A DNA stretch of 64,000 nt from an uncultured Hormoscilla sp. (GCA_963921275.4 OZ001293.3:6815067-6879066), one strand, 5' to 3'. Positions 29,601-41,107 are shown, counted from the first letter of the stretch. Translations and numbers: made by a program. The notes: generated from the sequence alone by a model not told the origin.

Positions 29601-29810
29601 TATTTTGAAGGCATCGCCCCGGAAGTTTGGGAATTTAAAATTGGTGGTTATCAGGTTTTATCCAAATGGTTTACAGACCGCAAAAAAGCTCAACGCACTT
29701 TATCATTTGACGATGTGTTACACTATCAAAGGGTTGTAGTCGCCCTTAAGGAAACTAGGGAATTGATGTTAGAAATAGATGGACTGATTCCCGGTTTTCC
29801 TCTTGAGTAG
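26602..29810 (+). pseudogene. Type IIG/ISP-like restriction-modification enzyme (endonuclease, N6 methyltransferase, TRD) with a frameshift near 27115 and an in-frame TGA at 28656
   Basis: PDF...GYVEAKD, LTNYLEFRWY, RGVYYTPEPVV, LDPATGTG, GNPPY, YYIYAIFHSPTY...DFPRVP, IGGYQVL. Confidence 0.9.
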
Positions 29811-29892
29811 GATTTCTCTAGCAATCCTAAATGATTTGTGGTAAGTTTCAGAGAACACCAGGTTCTACCTGGTAACGAGGGTGATTTACATT

Positions 29893-30378
29893 TTAGGGAT
29901 TTAAAAAGTCTAAATGCGGCCCGGGAAGTTGACGTAATTCCTCTGTCCAACCAGTTAGTTGCAATTGCCCTTTCTCCAGCATGATAATAAAATCTGCTCG
30001 CCCGATCGCCCGGTAACGGTGGCTAATTATAATTGTGGTTTGGGATTTTCTGTGGGATAATATTATCTAATACTTCTGCTTCTATGATGGGGTCGAGGGC
30101 AGCGGTGGATTCATCTAAGATCAGGATGGCCCCTAAGACTATTTGGGCCCGGGTTTTCTGCTGCAAGGTGGGCAGAAATAGTAAGTTGACTGCGGCGATC
30201 AGCAAAAAGGCCATCAGAAAGGCGATGGTGAGTTGCAAACTGTAGAATATCATGACTCCGAGTGAGGCGATCGCGATAAAAAATTGGCTGGGGACGCCGA
30301 GGACAATTGGGGTCACGAAGGCGTTGATGGCATTAACATCGGCGATGCGGGAAACTACTTCGCCACTGCGACGGGCTT
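29893..30378 (-). pseudogene. Collapsed remnant of a peptidase-containing ABC transporter
   Basis: RRSGEVVSRIADVNAIN, TM fragment, ILILDESTAALD, TTIIISHR...ADFIIMLEKG...HLDFLNP*. Confidence 0.8.
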
Positions 30379-30547
30379 AATCCTAATTTTAATCTTTGCC
30401 CAAAGTGACCGATGAGGTGCGATTGGACGATGGCGATCGCACTTTGAAAGAGGTTCATGATTCAGAAGCATTTTGAAGAAAACCCTTACATGAGGTTTTG
30501 AGCAACTGTTATCGAAGCATCTGCGTCAAAGTCACATGACCAGTATA

Positions 30548-30712
30548 TTTAGTTGCGTGACTCTGCGTTTTAGTTGCGTGACTCTGCGTTTTAGTTGCGT
30601 GACTCTGCGTTTTAGTTGCGTGACTCTGCGTTTTAGTTGCGTGACTCTGCGTTTTAGTTGCGTGACTCTGCGTTTTAGTTGCGTGACTCTGCGTTTTAGT
30701 TGCGTGACTTTG
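30548..30712. repeat. 21-bp tandem array TTTAGTTGCGTGACTCTGCGT x7.7, with inverted degenerate units extending to ~30815
   Basis: Direct reading. Confidence 0.95.
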
Positions 30713-31186
30713 CCATAGAGTCACAATACTTTATTATAGAGTCACGTGACGAACCCCTCACTTAATATTACTTTGCCATAGAGTCCCGCTACTTTGTCAT
30801 AGAGTCACGTGACTAATGCCCATTTCTGAGGCGATCGCAGATGCTTTACTATCTTAAGTAGGAAAATCTAGGTTTGTAGTAAGCGCAGTTGACCCTGTTC
30901 CCTTGGCTGCTGTCGCCACAGCATAATTAGCCCCGGTTTTCTGCACCATTTTTTGATTATCACAAACCCATGTTGGCTTTTGTCAACAGAATTTAACAAT
31001 ACTTAATATTTTTCCATGGGAGCGTCTATGCTATATTGGTTTTTGCGGCCATTTACCTCTTGCTGAAAACGAGTTCAACCATCCCCGACAATAACCTAGG
31101 CCGCAGATAAATCCAATAGTTTCTCTTTCGATCGTAATTTTATCACTTGTAACAAGCAAATTGGGCGATCGCCACCCGATATTAGC

Positions 31187-31415
31187 TTACATTTGTCGAG
31201 ACTGCAACCAAGTCACCAAATCAGCTACAGAAGAGATATACAAAAATGCCTCTCCCAAATCCTCCAACTGAGTAATCGATAGCTGTTCAATGCGCTGTTG
31301 CAAATTCTCCTCAAGGGTACCGAAGCGGTGATTTAGTAGGCTCGTAACTATCGCTAGTGTTTCTTGCTGCATTCCTTTTTGGATGATGTCGGGAGTAAAT
31401 CACTGATTCGAGCAT
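31187..31415 (-). pseudogene. Stand-alone Rpn C-terminal (DUF4351-like) copy, +1 frameshift after MLESVIY
   Basis: SD GAGGT then ATG CTC GAA TCA GTG ATT TAC; LNHRFG...QLEDLGEA...LVTWL. Confidence 0.75.
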
Positions 31416-31487
31416 AATTACCTCACTTGTAGCATTGTAGCTTGTAGCAAGCAAGGTGGGCAATGCCCACCCGTTTCTAGCTTTAGC

Positions 31488-32348
31488 TTACATCTGCCGT
31501 TCCCGTAACCAATTCACCAAATTAGTCACCGAAGAGAAATCCAACAATGCCTCTCCCAAATCCTCCAACTGAGTAGTGGGTAGCTGTTCAATTCGCTGTT
31601 GCAAATTCTCGTCAATGGTACCGAAACGCCGAGTCAGTTGGCGCGTAACCATCCCTAGTACCCCTTCCTGCTTTCCTTTCTGCATTTTTTTTTGGATGAT
31701 GTCCTGGTAAATCACTGATTCCTGCATAATTTCCTCCCGGAAAAAATTACGAATTACATCTTTCTTAAACCTCAATCCTGCTAGAATCTGAGTACAAGCT
31801 GAAATTTCGTCTCGTTCCGCAGGTTCTTCTATCTTACTCACCTACTCGGCTACCTGACTGAGCCTCACCTGCTCGGCTACCTGACTGAGCAATGCGGAAC
31901 TATTCTCCGTCGCGGCCAATGTCGCCAGTGGTAATAACGCCGGCTCTTGCAACAAGAGTTCAGGTGATTCCTCCCAAATGCGGATTACCTTATACTCGTG
32001 TTGAGTCGATTCTAGCTTAAACTGATTCTCAAAAACCGCCGGATTGGTTGTTGGTTTCAGCCAAATTACCACCTGGGTAATGGGCAGCTCGTAGTCCCAA
32101 TACAGCCGTACCCAATAGTTTAGCATCCGCAGTGGCATGGGTTTCCTTTTGGGCAACTGTATCTGAAATTCCAGATGAAATATCCGGTCGGCGGTGCGTA
32201 AAAATGTCACCGAGTCGGCCCGAATTGGCTCCATGGTTAATTCGGTTTTCAATACTTCTACATTCCTTGTCCGTTGTCCGTATATCCAAGTGGAAAAGGC
32301 GTCCGGGTATTTCTCGCACAGATATTTACATAAATTGTCATAGGGCAT
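31488..32348 (-). pseudogene. Rpn/YhgA-like nuclease copy with a 27-bp in-frame duplication carrying a TAG
   Basis: Near-identical to 32794-33627; LSQVAEQVR-LSQVAE*VS. Confidence 0.88.
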
Positions 32349-32419
32349 GGGAGTTTTTTGTTTTTTATCTTGTTCCGCTATATTAATATTATCACAAATA
32401 ATTTGTTGTAAATAAACTA

Positions 32420-32721
32420 TGTTCGACGAATTTCATCCAGAATTTATTCCCTCGGCTACTCCAGAGTAATTATTCCCCCTCATTAACAACTGGACTACTC
32501 TCGAAGGTCACCATCAAGTCACCAAATCAGCTACAGAATATCAATTCAAAAATGCCTCTCCCAAATCCTCCAACTGAGTAATCGATAGCTGTTCAATGCG
32601 CTGTTGCAAATTCTCGTCAAGGGTACCGAAGCGGTGATTCAGTAGGCTCGTAACTATCGCTAGTGCCTCTTGCTGCATTCCTTTTTGGATGATGTCAGGA
32701 GTAAATCACTGATTCGAGCAT
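32420..32721. pseudogene. Duplication junction: 5' fragment of hlyD (+) fused to a second stand-alone Rpn C-terminal fragment (-)
   Basis: 32420-32515 resembles 33700-33860; 32517-32790 resembles 31208-31485. Confidence 0.75.
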
Positions 32722-32793
32722 ACTTACCTCACTTGTAGCATTGTAGCTTGTAGCAAGCAAGGTGGGCAATGCCCACCCGTTCCTAGCTTTAGC

Positions 32794-33627
32794 TTACATC
32801 TGCCGTTCCCGTAACCAATTCACCAAATTAGTCACCGAAGAGAAATCCAACAATGCCTCTCCCAAATCCTCCAACTGAGTAGTCGGTAGCTGTTGAATAC
32901 GCTGTTGCAAATTCTCCTCAAGCGTACCTAATCGCCGAGTCAGTAGGCGCGTAACCATCGCTAGTGCCTCTTGCTGCATTCCTTGCTGCATTCCTTTTTG
33001 GATGATGTCCTGGTAAATCACTGATTCCTGCATAATTTCCTCCCGGAAAAAATTACGAATTACATCTTTCTTAAACCTCAATCCTGCTAGAATCTGAGTA
33101 CAAGCTGAAATTTCGTCTCGTTCCGCAGGTTCTTCTATCTTACTCACCTGCTCGGCTACCTGACTGAGCAATGCGGAACTATTCTCCGTCGCGGCCAATG
33201 TCGCCAGTGGTAATAACGCCGGCTCTTGCAACAAGAGTTCAGGTGATTCCTCCCAAATGCGGATTACCTTATACTCGTGTTGAGTCGATTCTAGCTTAAA
33301 CTGATTCTCAAAAACCGCCGGATTGGTTGTTGGTTTCAGCCAAATTACCACCTGGGTAATGGGCAGCTCGTAGTCCCAATACAGCCGTACCCAATAGTTT
33401 AGCATCCGCAGTGGCATGGGTTTCCTTTTGGGCAACTGTATCTGAAATTCCAGATGGAATATCCGGTCGGCGGTGCGTAAAAATGTCACCGAGTCGGCCC
33501 GAATTGGCTCAATAGTTAATTCGGTTTTCAACACTTCTACATTCCTTGTCCGCTGTCCGTATATCCAACGGGAAAAGGCGTCTGGGTATTTCTCGCACAG
33601 ATATTTGCATAAATTATCATAGGGCAT
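32794..33627 (-). CDS. Rpn family recombination-promoting nuclease / putative transposase with a DUF4351-like C-terminus
   Basis: YDNLCKYL, EPIRADSV, HLEFQ, RMLNYWVRL, MQESVIYQ, QLEDLGEALLDF. Confidence 0.9.
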   Translation of the reverse strand: MPYDNLCKYLCEKYPDAFSRWIYGQRTRNVEVLKTELTIEPIRADSVTFLRTADRIFHLEFQIQLPKRKPMPLRMLNYWVRLYWDYELPITQVVIWLKPTTNPAVFENQFKLESTQHEYKVIRIWEESPELLLQEPALLPLATLAATENSSALLSQVAEQVSKIEEPAERDEISACTQILAGLRFKKDVIRNFFREEIMQESVIYQDIIQKGMQQGMQQEALAMVTRLLTRRLGTLEENLQQRIQQLPTTQLEDLGEALLDFSSVTNLVNWLRERQM

Positions 33628-33699
33628 GATTGAGATGTTGTCTTTCCTCATCTGGTTCTGCTATATTAATATGATAACAGATAATTGGCTGTCAATCAA

Positions 33700-34590
33700 A
33701 TGTTCGACGAATCTCATCCCCAATTTCTTCACCCGGCTACCCCAGAGGAATTCTTACTTCCCATTAGCAACTGGACTACTCTCGGAGGAATAGTCCTGAT
33801 CGCTGCCTTTGGATCGGCGATCGCCCTCTCGGCGATCCTCAAATACAAGGTCACCATCAAAGCCCTAGGGACCATTCGTCCGGCGGGGGAACTGCGCCGC
33901 GTCCAGTCCCCGATCGCAGGTACAATTAAAAGTATAGAAGTTGAGGGCAATTAGGGAGTAAAAAAAGATGATATCATCGCCTATATCGATGACGGACGCC
34001 TGCAAACTAAAAAGAGTCAGTTGCAAGGAAATATCGGTCAACTGGCAGCGCAACTGGCAAATGTAGATGCCCAGATAAAAGCGATTGGGAAGCAAATAGC
34101 CGCAGAAGGCGATCGCAGCAACCGAGCGATCGCTGAGGCATCAGCGGAACTACTACGGACCCAACGGGAGTTTCAAGACAGAGAAATAACCTCGGCAGCG
34201 GAGGTGAAGGAAGCAGAAGCGAATTTCCGGCAAGCCCAAGAGCAATTGCAACAACAAAGGGCACAGTTAAAATCGGCAGAGGCGAACTTGCGGTCCACAG
34301 CAGCATCCTGGCAGGCGGCCCGGAAAAAGCGCGATCGCTATCAGCCCTTAGTGGAGTCTGGATCTATTGCCCTAGACCAATTTGAAGAGGTACAATTAGC
34401 AGTAGAGCAGCAAGGGGAAGCTACAGCATCCCAAAAGGCCCGAGTAGAAGCACAAAAACAGGCGATCGCCCAGCAAAAAAGAGCCATAGAAGCGGCCCTT
34501 GCGAGACTGCAACGGGCCGCTTCTGCCCAAAATCCCACTGATGCCACCGTGGCCATGGCCAGAGAAAGAGTTGCGCAAGAAAAAGCCGAT
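33700..34590 (+). pseudogene. HlyD-family secretion adaptor, in-frame TAG at 33952 and 3'-truncated
   Basis: EEFLLPISNWTTLGG, GTIRPAGELRRVQSPIAGTI, long coiled coil. Confidence 0.82.
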
Positions 34591-34669
34591 TGTATATCAC
34601 CGAAAGCCATAAAAGTGAAAGCACAATCAAATGGCAATTCCGGTGTTGTGGTGAAGCAGATAAATTTTT

Positions 34670-34903
34670 TCAGATATATCTGAGCAATGGCGATCGATAT
34701 ATCAACTGTCTTCCACGTCCAAAAATTGGACAGACTACTCTTGGTTCTTTGACAAACGGTTGTTCAAATTTTACTTCGTAGGATCCGGCAGAAAGTCTGG
34801 TACTTTTGAATCCTTCACCAAACATGATATTGCCGTCATCATCAACAGCACCGTAGACATACTGGTGTTTGCTTTCACCCGTTGCACTCCTGACAATTGC
34901 CAT
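34670..34903 (-). CDS. Small hypothetical beta-rich protein, possibly truncated
   Basis: AGGAG SD; VYGAVDDDGNI..GEGF.STRLSAGSYEVKFEQPF. Confidence 0.5.
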   Translation of the reverse strand: MAIVRSATGESKHQYVYGAVDDDGNIMFGEGFKSTRLSAGSYEVKFEQPFVKEPRVVCPIFGRGRQLIYRSPLLRYI

Positions 34904-35359
34904 TCTTTGACTCCTGTTATATAGAATCTATTCTGTTTTCACTACCTCATCTAGAATAACATTAAGCCGACGGGTGCGATCGCCTTTCGTTCGATCATGG
35001 CGGACTTTAGTCCTTTTCTCGGGGTATGCGGGTGATTGTTTTGGACCTCGTCTTGTCGGGTGGGCCAGATCCTCGATCTGGGATCTGGACGAGGGCAAAA
35101 CAAAATATTTGTTGTTGACATGAGAATGAAAAGGAGCTATCTTAGAGAGGTATCCAGTTTTCTCTCACCAGGGAGGAGGCTGGAGAGGGGATTGGCACTA
35201 CTGGCTAAAGCACGGTGGTTCTTGAAATAGTCCAGCCCTGTTCCCGCGAAGCTGGCGACGGCTTCCAAAAATAAACCGTCCTCAGATAGCTTGGTAGGTG
35301 GCGACATCGAAGAGTTGTCTGACTCTACTATTATAGAAGTATATTCCTCAATAAAAACA

Positions 35360-35629
35360 ATGAACATCACCCTAAAACCACAACAGGAAAAGTTCCTTAG
35401 AGAAAAACTAGACAGCGGCAAATATGGTACTATCGATGAAGTCATCGCCGAAGCGTTTAAACTGCTGGAGGAACGCGACAAACATTACCTACAATGGTTA
35501 GATGAAACTAGAAAAAAAGTGGCGATCGGTATAGAACAAGCAAACCGGGGGCAACTAACTGATGGTAAAATTGTGATGGCGAGACTGCGAGAAAAACTGA
35601 GTCAAGCAAGGGAGTCCCAGAAAGGATGA
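35360..35629 (+). CDS. ParD-like antitoxin
   Basis: MNITLKPQQEKFL...SGKYGTIDEVI, VAIGIEQA..GQL; overlaps the toxin start. Confidence 0.85.
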   Translation: MNITLKPQQEKFLREKLDSGKYGTIDEVIAEAFKLLEERDKHYLQWLDETRKKVAIGIEQANRGQLTDGKIVMARLREKLSQARESQKG

Positions 35630-35931
35630 GTACCTATAAGTTAACAGATGAAGCTCTACAGGACTTGGATGATATTTTTAACTATTTGTCCGGTTACAGT
35701 CTCGATGCTGTCGATCGCTTTTTGGATGCCTTGGAAAAAAAATATCAAAATTTGGTCAACTTTTCCCAGATGGGCAAAAGCTATGAAGAGTTAGCCCCCC
35801 AGTTACGCGGAGTTTCTATAGACGGTTATATTCTTCTCTACCGTTTGGTGGGAGAAGACATTGAAATTTTCAGAGTTATCAGTGGATATCGAAATTTGAA
35901 GTCATTGTTTTGGGATACGGATGGAAGCTAA
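35626..35931 (+). CDS. RelE/ParE family toxin
   Basis: LTDEALQDLDDIFNY, MGKSYEEL..QLRG, YILLYR, RVISGYRNL. Confidence 0.88.
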   Translation: MSTYKLTDEALQDLDDIFNYLSGYSLDAVDRFLDALEKKYQNLVNFSQMGKSYEELAPQLRGVSIDGYILLYRLVGEDIEIFRVISGYRNLKSLFWDTDGS

Positions 35932-35939
35932 ATACGAAG

Positions 35940-36099
35940 TGGATGTATTAACGATTAATTGGAGTCAAGCAGAAATTGAAGAAAGCGATGCAGTAAGTCC
36001 TGGTGTTATTATAGATTACGATGCCGAAAGTGACCCTATTGGCATTGAAATCCTGAATGCTTCTCAAAAAATCCAGCAACTTATATCCCGCCTTAAGTG
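35940..36099 (+). pseudogene. DUF2283-like fragment
   Basis: VDVLTINWSQAEIEESDAVSPGVIIDYD....IGIEILNAS. Confidence 0.6.
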
Positions 36100-36650
36100 A
36101 AACGATGCCTCCCGTCACGGTATAATCGAAGTGACGATCGCTCTCCGGCTAGCAAAACTAAGCAAGTCGTAGTTGGGGGGCGATCGCAGCACCACCCCAA
36201 ACGGAGATCGCCGTTTAATGTGATTATTTTTGCCCTGCTGCCCGTCTAACCTCAGTCAGACGACTTTCGTATTTCAGAGCAAACGTTTCTATCATTTCTG
36301 ATAATTGTTTGGCTTGAAGTTCAATAGTTTTGGCAAGTTCGAGACTATCTGCTAATTGTGCCACTTGTTCTTCCCTTAATATCTGCTGTTTTTCATTCCC
36401 ACCTACAGGATTATGATTAATCATCCGCACTCTCAGAGTAAAATTGACTAAACACAAAGGCGATCGGGCTTTTTTCATCTAGTCCGCGCAGGCGGGCTTT
36501 GTGCGTGTAGCACGGACCCTTTAGGGTTCGGGCGGCTGCTATGAAGGCGGGTGGGTAGATTCCTGGATAACCCAGAAACCCGGTTTTCTATAAAAACCGG
36601 GTTTCTTAATTGACAAACCTTGAAGGACTAAAGTCCTAACTACGAACCTT

Positions 36651-37442
36651 TTAGGACGCCATCTTTAGTTCCGCATCTTCCTCGCGCAGAGTCAGAATAT
36701 CCACTCCATCTTCGGTGACAACAACTGTATGCTCGAACTGCGCTGAAAGCTTGCGATCTTTTGTAATCGCCGTCCATTTATCCGCCAACACCTCAGCTTC
36801 GTGGGTGCCCTCATTAATCATCGGTTCGATCGTAAACACCATGCCCTTGCGCAGACGCTTGCCCTTACCCCGCGTACCGTAGTGAGGAATTTGGGGCGGC
36901 GCGTGGAACACCTTGTGGACCCCATGTCCGACAAAATCTCGCACCACCGAAAAGCCATTTGCCTCTGCATACTCTTGAATTGCCGCACCAATATCCCCAA
37001 TGCGGCCTCCGGGCCTGACTGCCGCTATCCCCCTTCTCAGACATTCCTCCGTTACCTCCACCAGCTTTTTCGCCGTGGCATTGGGAGTACCCACAAAAAA
37101 CATCCTGGAACTGTCCCCGTGGTAACCATCCAGAATCGGCGTCACATCTATATTGATGATGTCACCATCTTTGAGGATCTGCTTGCTATTGGGGATGCCG
37201 TGACAGATCACGTGATTGACACTGGTGCAGATAGACTTGGGAAACTCGTGATAACCGAGGGGGGCGCTTTTTGCCCCATGGGCCTGGGTCCAGCGTTCCG
37301 CTTTGTCATTCAACTCCAAAGTGCTGACTCCCGGTTGCACTATTGGTGCCAGATGGTCTAGGAGTTTCGCTGCCAAGCGCCCTGCCCGACGCATCTTCTC
37401 TATTTCTCTACGCGATAAAAGAACTATTTTTTCGTTTCCCAT
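36651..37442 (-). CDS. map: Type I methionine aminopeptidase
   Basis: FPKSICTSVN.VICHGIP, DGYHGD, GHGV, FTIEPM, SAQFEHT. Confidence 0.95.
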   Translation of the reverse strand: MGNEKIVLLSRREIEKMRRAGRLAAKLLDHLAPIVQPGVSTLELNDKAERWTQAHGAKSAPLGYHEFPKSICTSVNHVICHGIPNSKQILKDGDIINIDVTPILDGYHGDSSRMFFVGTPNATAKKLVEVTEECLRRGIAAVRPGGRIGDIGAAIQEYAEANGFSVVRDFVGHGVHKVFHAPPQIPHYGTRGKGKRLRKGMVFTIEPMINEGTHEAEVLADKWTAITKDRKLSAQFEHTVVVTEDGVDILTLREEDAELKMAS

Positions 37443-37574
37443 TTTCTCCGATTCCCGCGATTTCTCCAATCTCTAGGGTGGTTTATATATTAATTATCTT
37501 TACAGAAAACTGACGCAGGTGCCCACATTACCTGCGTCGGACCCTCTAACCCGGTTTCTGGCTGTTATTTATGT

Positions 37575-37925
37575 CTACCCCTCTACCTGCTCTAAGTATA
37601 GGTTCAGATCCTCAATCACCCGAGTTAGTTCCGCTTCCGTTGACACCCGGATGCGATCGTCCCGCAGAGTAATCAGCACTTTCGCCGCAAAGGGACTGGG
37701 ATAGATATTGGGGTTGCAGAAAATCTCTAGGAACACATCGCCGGTGTACTGATATTCCATCGGCGCCTGGGGAGTCACTCTGCCACCGCTAGCTGGTTTG
37801 GCCGCCGCTGCCGCTTTCAGGCTTTGCATCAGTTCCCCGATCGCCCCCTGTAAGTCCCGGGCCGCCGAGGCGGTAAAGCCAAAGGAAACCGAACCTTCAG
37901 TCAAATTTAGTTTCAGTTGATTCAT
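37575..37925 (-). CDS. Conserved cyanobacterial hypothetical protein
   Basis: LNLTEGSVSF, FLEIFCNPNIYPSPFAAKVLITLRDDRIR. Confidence 0.8.
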   Translation of the reverse strand: MNQLKLNLTEGSVSFGFTASAARDLQGAIGELMQSLKAAAAAKPASGGRVTPQAPMEYQYTGDVFLEIFCNPNIYPSPFAAKVLITLRDDRIRVSTEAELTRVIEDLNLYLEQVEG

Positions 37926-38114
37926 TTTTCAGCAATTACAATTAATTCCTACATCATCCTAAAATATCATAAAAATTAGTTAGCTCGGGAAGCATATTTA
38001 ATCTCTTGTCTCTAAAAATAAATCTCAATAACCTGAAATTTTATGATATTATAAAAGCTAAAAGTTTCGCTAAAATCATAGGAGATAAATTTATGTTTAA
38101 TCAGGAGAAAATCT

Positions 38115-39136
38115 ATGGCTGTAGATAACCGTTCTGAAGTTCGGAAAGTTTTACTGACTACTCTAATGCTGAATTTGGTGGTGATGGCAATCAAAGGCGT
38201 TGTGGGTTGGCATACGGGGGCCCTGAGTTTGTTAGCGGACGCCTTACACAGTATCACAGATAGTGCTAACAATGTTTTGGGACTGGTAACGATTCACTTG
38301 GCCTCGCCGCAACCCGATCGGCAACATCCCTACGGACATCAGAAGTTTGAAGCGGTGGGTGCTTTGGGAATTTCCGCCTTCTTAGGTATCGCTTTGAAAT
38401 TCTCAGCGGTGCAGTCGAGAGGATGTTCCCAGGCAGCGAAACCATCGCCATCTCGGCTGCGGAACTGTCGATCCTCCTGATTGCACTGGTCATTAACATC
38501 TTTGTCGCTTTCTACGAACGCCGTGTAGGTCAGCGCCTGGGTAGCAATATTTTAATCGCTGATGCCCAGCATACCATGAGCGATGTCTGGGTGACAATTA
38601 CTGTCATGGGGGGGTTGTGCGGGGTGTGGCTGGATTATCAATGGCTAGACGTGATTTTGGCCTTTCCCGTGGCGGTTTTGGTGTTTGCTAGCGCCTGGAA
38701 AGTGTTGAAGGCTAATCTCCCCTGGCTAGTGGACGAAATGGCGATCGCCCCTGAAGCCATTCACGCGATCGTCATCTCTGTGCCCGGTGTCGTCAACTGT
38801 CATAACATCGCTTCCCGGGGAGTAGTAGGGCGTCAAGCTTTCATTGAAATGCACCTGATAGTCGATGCCACTGATGTGGAAAAGTCCCATCAGATTACCG
38901 AAAAAGTCGAAGCCCAGCTAGCGGCCAAGTACGACCCCGTCCGGGTTTTAATTCACGTCGAACCCCCAGAATACAAGTCAGATCGTATCACCTATGAACC
39001 CGCGGTGTCTGGACCGTGCCGAGTCCTTCAGGACAAGAGCACGGGGAAGACGCCGAGACAGGTAGGTTTTCCACAGAGGATCGGGCTTTTCCACAAAGAA
39101 TTAGCTGTTTTCCACAAAAATTCAAGGAATGGTTAA
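38115..39136 (+). pseudogene. Cation diffusion facilitator (FieF-like), frameshift near 38390; 3' end runs through a palindromic element
   Basis: ADALHSITD, HPYGHQKFE in one frame; ADAQHTMSD, IHVEP in another; could be a sequencing indel. Confidence 0.8.
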
Positions 39137-39254
39137 GGTACGCTTGCCAATTGGCGATCGCCCGCTTTTCCCGTGACTTCTTGGTGCGAGTTGCCCAGAA
39201 ACCCGGTTTTTACAGAAAACCGGGTTTCTTAATCGATCTCAAGTTGGAGATGTG

Positions 39255-40862
39255 CTATTCCCACTCAATGGTGCCAGGGGGTTTGGAGGTAATGTCGTAA
39301 GCGACGCGGTTAACGCCTTTGACTTCGTTGACGATGCGATTAGAAATCGCCTCCAACAAGTCGTAAGGAACCCGAGACCAATCAGCAGTCATGCCATCTT
39401 CACTGGAAATCAAGCGTAGGACGATCGGGTGGGCATAGGTACGTTGGTCTCCCATGACGCCGACACTGCGGATGGGCAGCAAGACAGCAAAGGCTTGCCA
39501 AAAGTCATTGTAGATCCCCCGCTTCTTAATTTCCTGGCGGACGATGTAATCTGCATTACGCAGAATCTTCAGCCTTTCCGCTGTCACCTCGCCGATGATG
39601 CGAATGGCCAGTCCGGGACCCGGGAAGGGATGGCGCTGGACAATCTCTTCCGGCAGACCGATCGATCGCCCCAGCTTGCGGACTTCATCCTTAAACAGTT
39701 TCCGCAGGGGTTCGACTAACTTAAATCGCAAGTCTTTTGGCAGACCGCCCACGTTGTGATGGCTTTTGATTTTCACCGCTACTCGTTCCCCTGTCTGGGG
39801 GTCAACGTTGGTGTCAGCAGATTCGATCACGTCTGGATAAAGGGTGCCTTGGGCGAGATAATCAAATGGTCCGAGTCGCTTTGATTCTTCTTCAAAGACC
39901 TTGATGAATTCGTGACCGATGCGCTTGCGCTTCACTTCCGGGTCCGTGACCCCTTCGATCTGCTTCAGGAAGCGATCGCGTGCCATCACATGTTCTACTT
40001 TAATGTGGAATTTCTCACCGAACAGTTGCACCAAATTTTCCGGTTCGTATTTGCGCATGAACCCTTGGTCGATAAACATGCAGGTGAGTTGGTCGCCAAT
40101 GGCTTTGTGCAGCAAGAATGCCAGGGTTGAAGAGTCTACACCCCCTGAGAGGGCCAGCAACACCCGCTTGTCACCCACTTTAGCGCGGATTTCTCGGATG
40201 GCTTCTTCCACGAATGCTTCTGTCGTCCAGGTGGGTTGGCACTCACAGATATGGTAAACAAAGTTACGAATTAGGGCGATTCCACCGATGGAGTGAACCA
40301 CTTCCGGATGGAACTGTACGCCATACAGCTTTTGCCCGTGGTGGGCGATCGCCGCGCCGGGAGTATTGGACGTGTGAGCCAGAATTTCAAATCCGGAGGG
40401 TAATTTGATACAAGAGTCTCCATGGCTCATCCACATGGTAGTGGGATCTTCCACATTAGTAAGCAAGTCCGTGGGGTCATCAATGGAGAGTAATGCTTTG
40501 CCATACTCACCTCTTTGAGCCCTTGCCACCTCTCCACCCAGTTGCTGTACCATGAGTTGCATGCCGTAGCATACACCTAGGATGGGAATGCCCAGTTGCC
40601 AAATTTCCGGGTCGCATTGGGGTGCATTGGCATCATAGACGGAATTGGGGCCGCCGGAGAGAATAATTCCTTGGGGATTGAGTAGCCGTAGTTTTTCAGC
40701 GCTAGTGCGGTAAGATAGGACTTCTGAATAAACTTTCGTTTCGCGGATGCGACGAGCAATCAGTTCAGAATACTGGGAACCGAAGTCCAGAATCACGATC
40801 ATCTGGCGGTTCAGTTCCCCCAAGGTTGTTTTTGGAGGCGCTTGTGCGGTCTGGAGAGTCAC
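39255..40862 (-). CDS. guaA: GMP synthase (glutamine-hydrolysing)
   Basis: [43 protein letters not shown]. Confidence 0.97.
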   Translation of the reverse strand: MTLQTAQAPPKTTLGELNRQMIVILDFGSQYSELIARRIRETKVYSEVLSYRTSAEKLRLLNPQGIILSGGPNSVYDANAPQCDPEIWQLGIPILGVCYGMQLMVQQLGGEVARAQRGEYGKALLSIDDPTDLLTNVEDPTTMWMSHGDSCIKLPSGFEILAHTSNTPGAAIAHHGQKLYGVQFHPEVVHSIGGIALIRNFVYHICECQPTWTTEAFVEEAIREIRAKVGDKRVLLALSGGVDSSTLAFLLHKAIGDQLTCMFIDQGFMRKYEPENLVQLFGEKFHIKVEHVMARDRFLKQIEGVTDPEVKRKRIGHEFIKVFEEESKRLGPFDYLAQGTLYPDVIESADTNVDPQTGERVAVKIKSHHNVGGLPKDLRFKLVEPLRKLFKDEVRKLGRSIGLPEEIVQRHPFPGPGLAIRIIGEVTAERLKILRNADYIVRQEIKKRGIYNDFWQAFAVLLPIRSVGVMGDQRTYAHPIVLRLISSEDGMTADWSRVPYDLLEAISNRIVNEVKGVNRVAYDITSKPPGTIEWE

Positions 40863-41107
40863 TGGATTTGTTCGGTAGCTAACTTTTGTAGAATTTAGAT
40901 GGGATCCTTAAGGATATTCAGGTTAGAATAGCACATGGAACTGCTACCCAAAGGCAGATTGATTCATTAAGATAAGTTAAAGCGTTGCTCTTTGGCGTCA
41001 GCTGTCGCCCATTGAAATTGTAGATAGAGAAAAGCTGAAAGCCTTGCCTTCAATTGGTTTGGCAATTTTGAATAAGAAATGTTAAATTTTCAATTGCTGA
41101 GGTGCTG

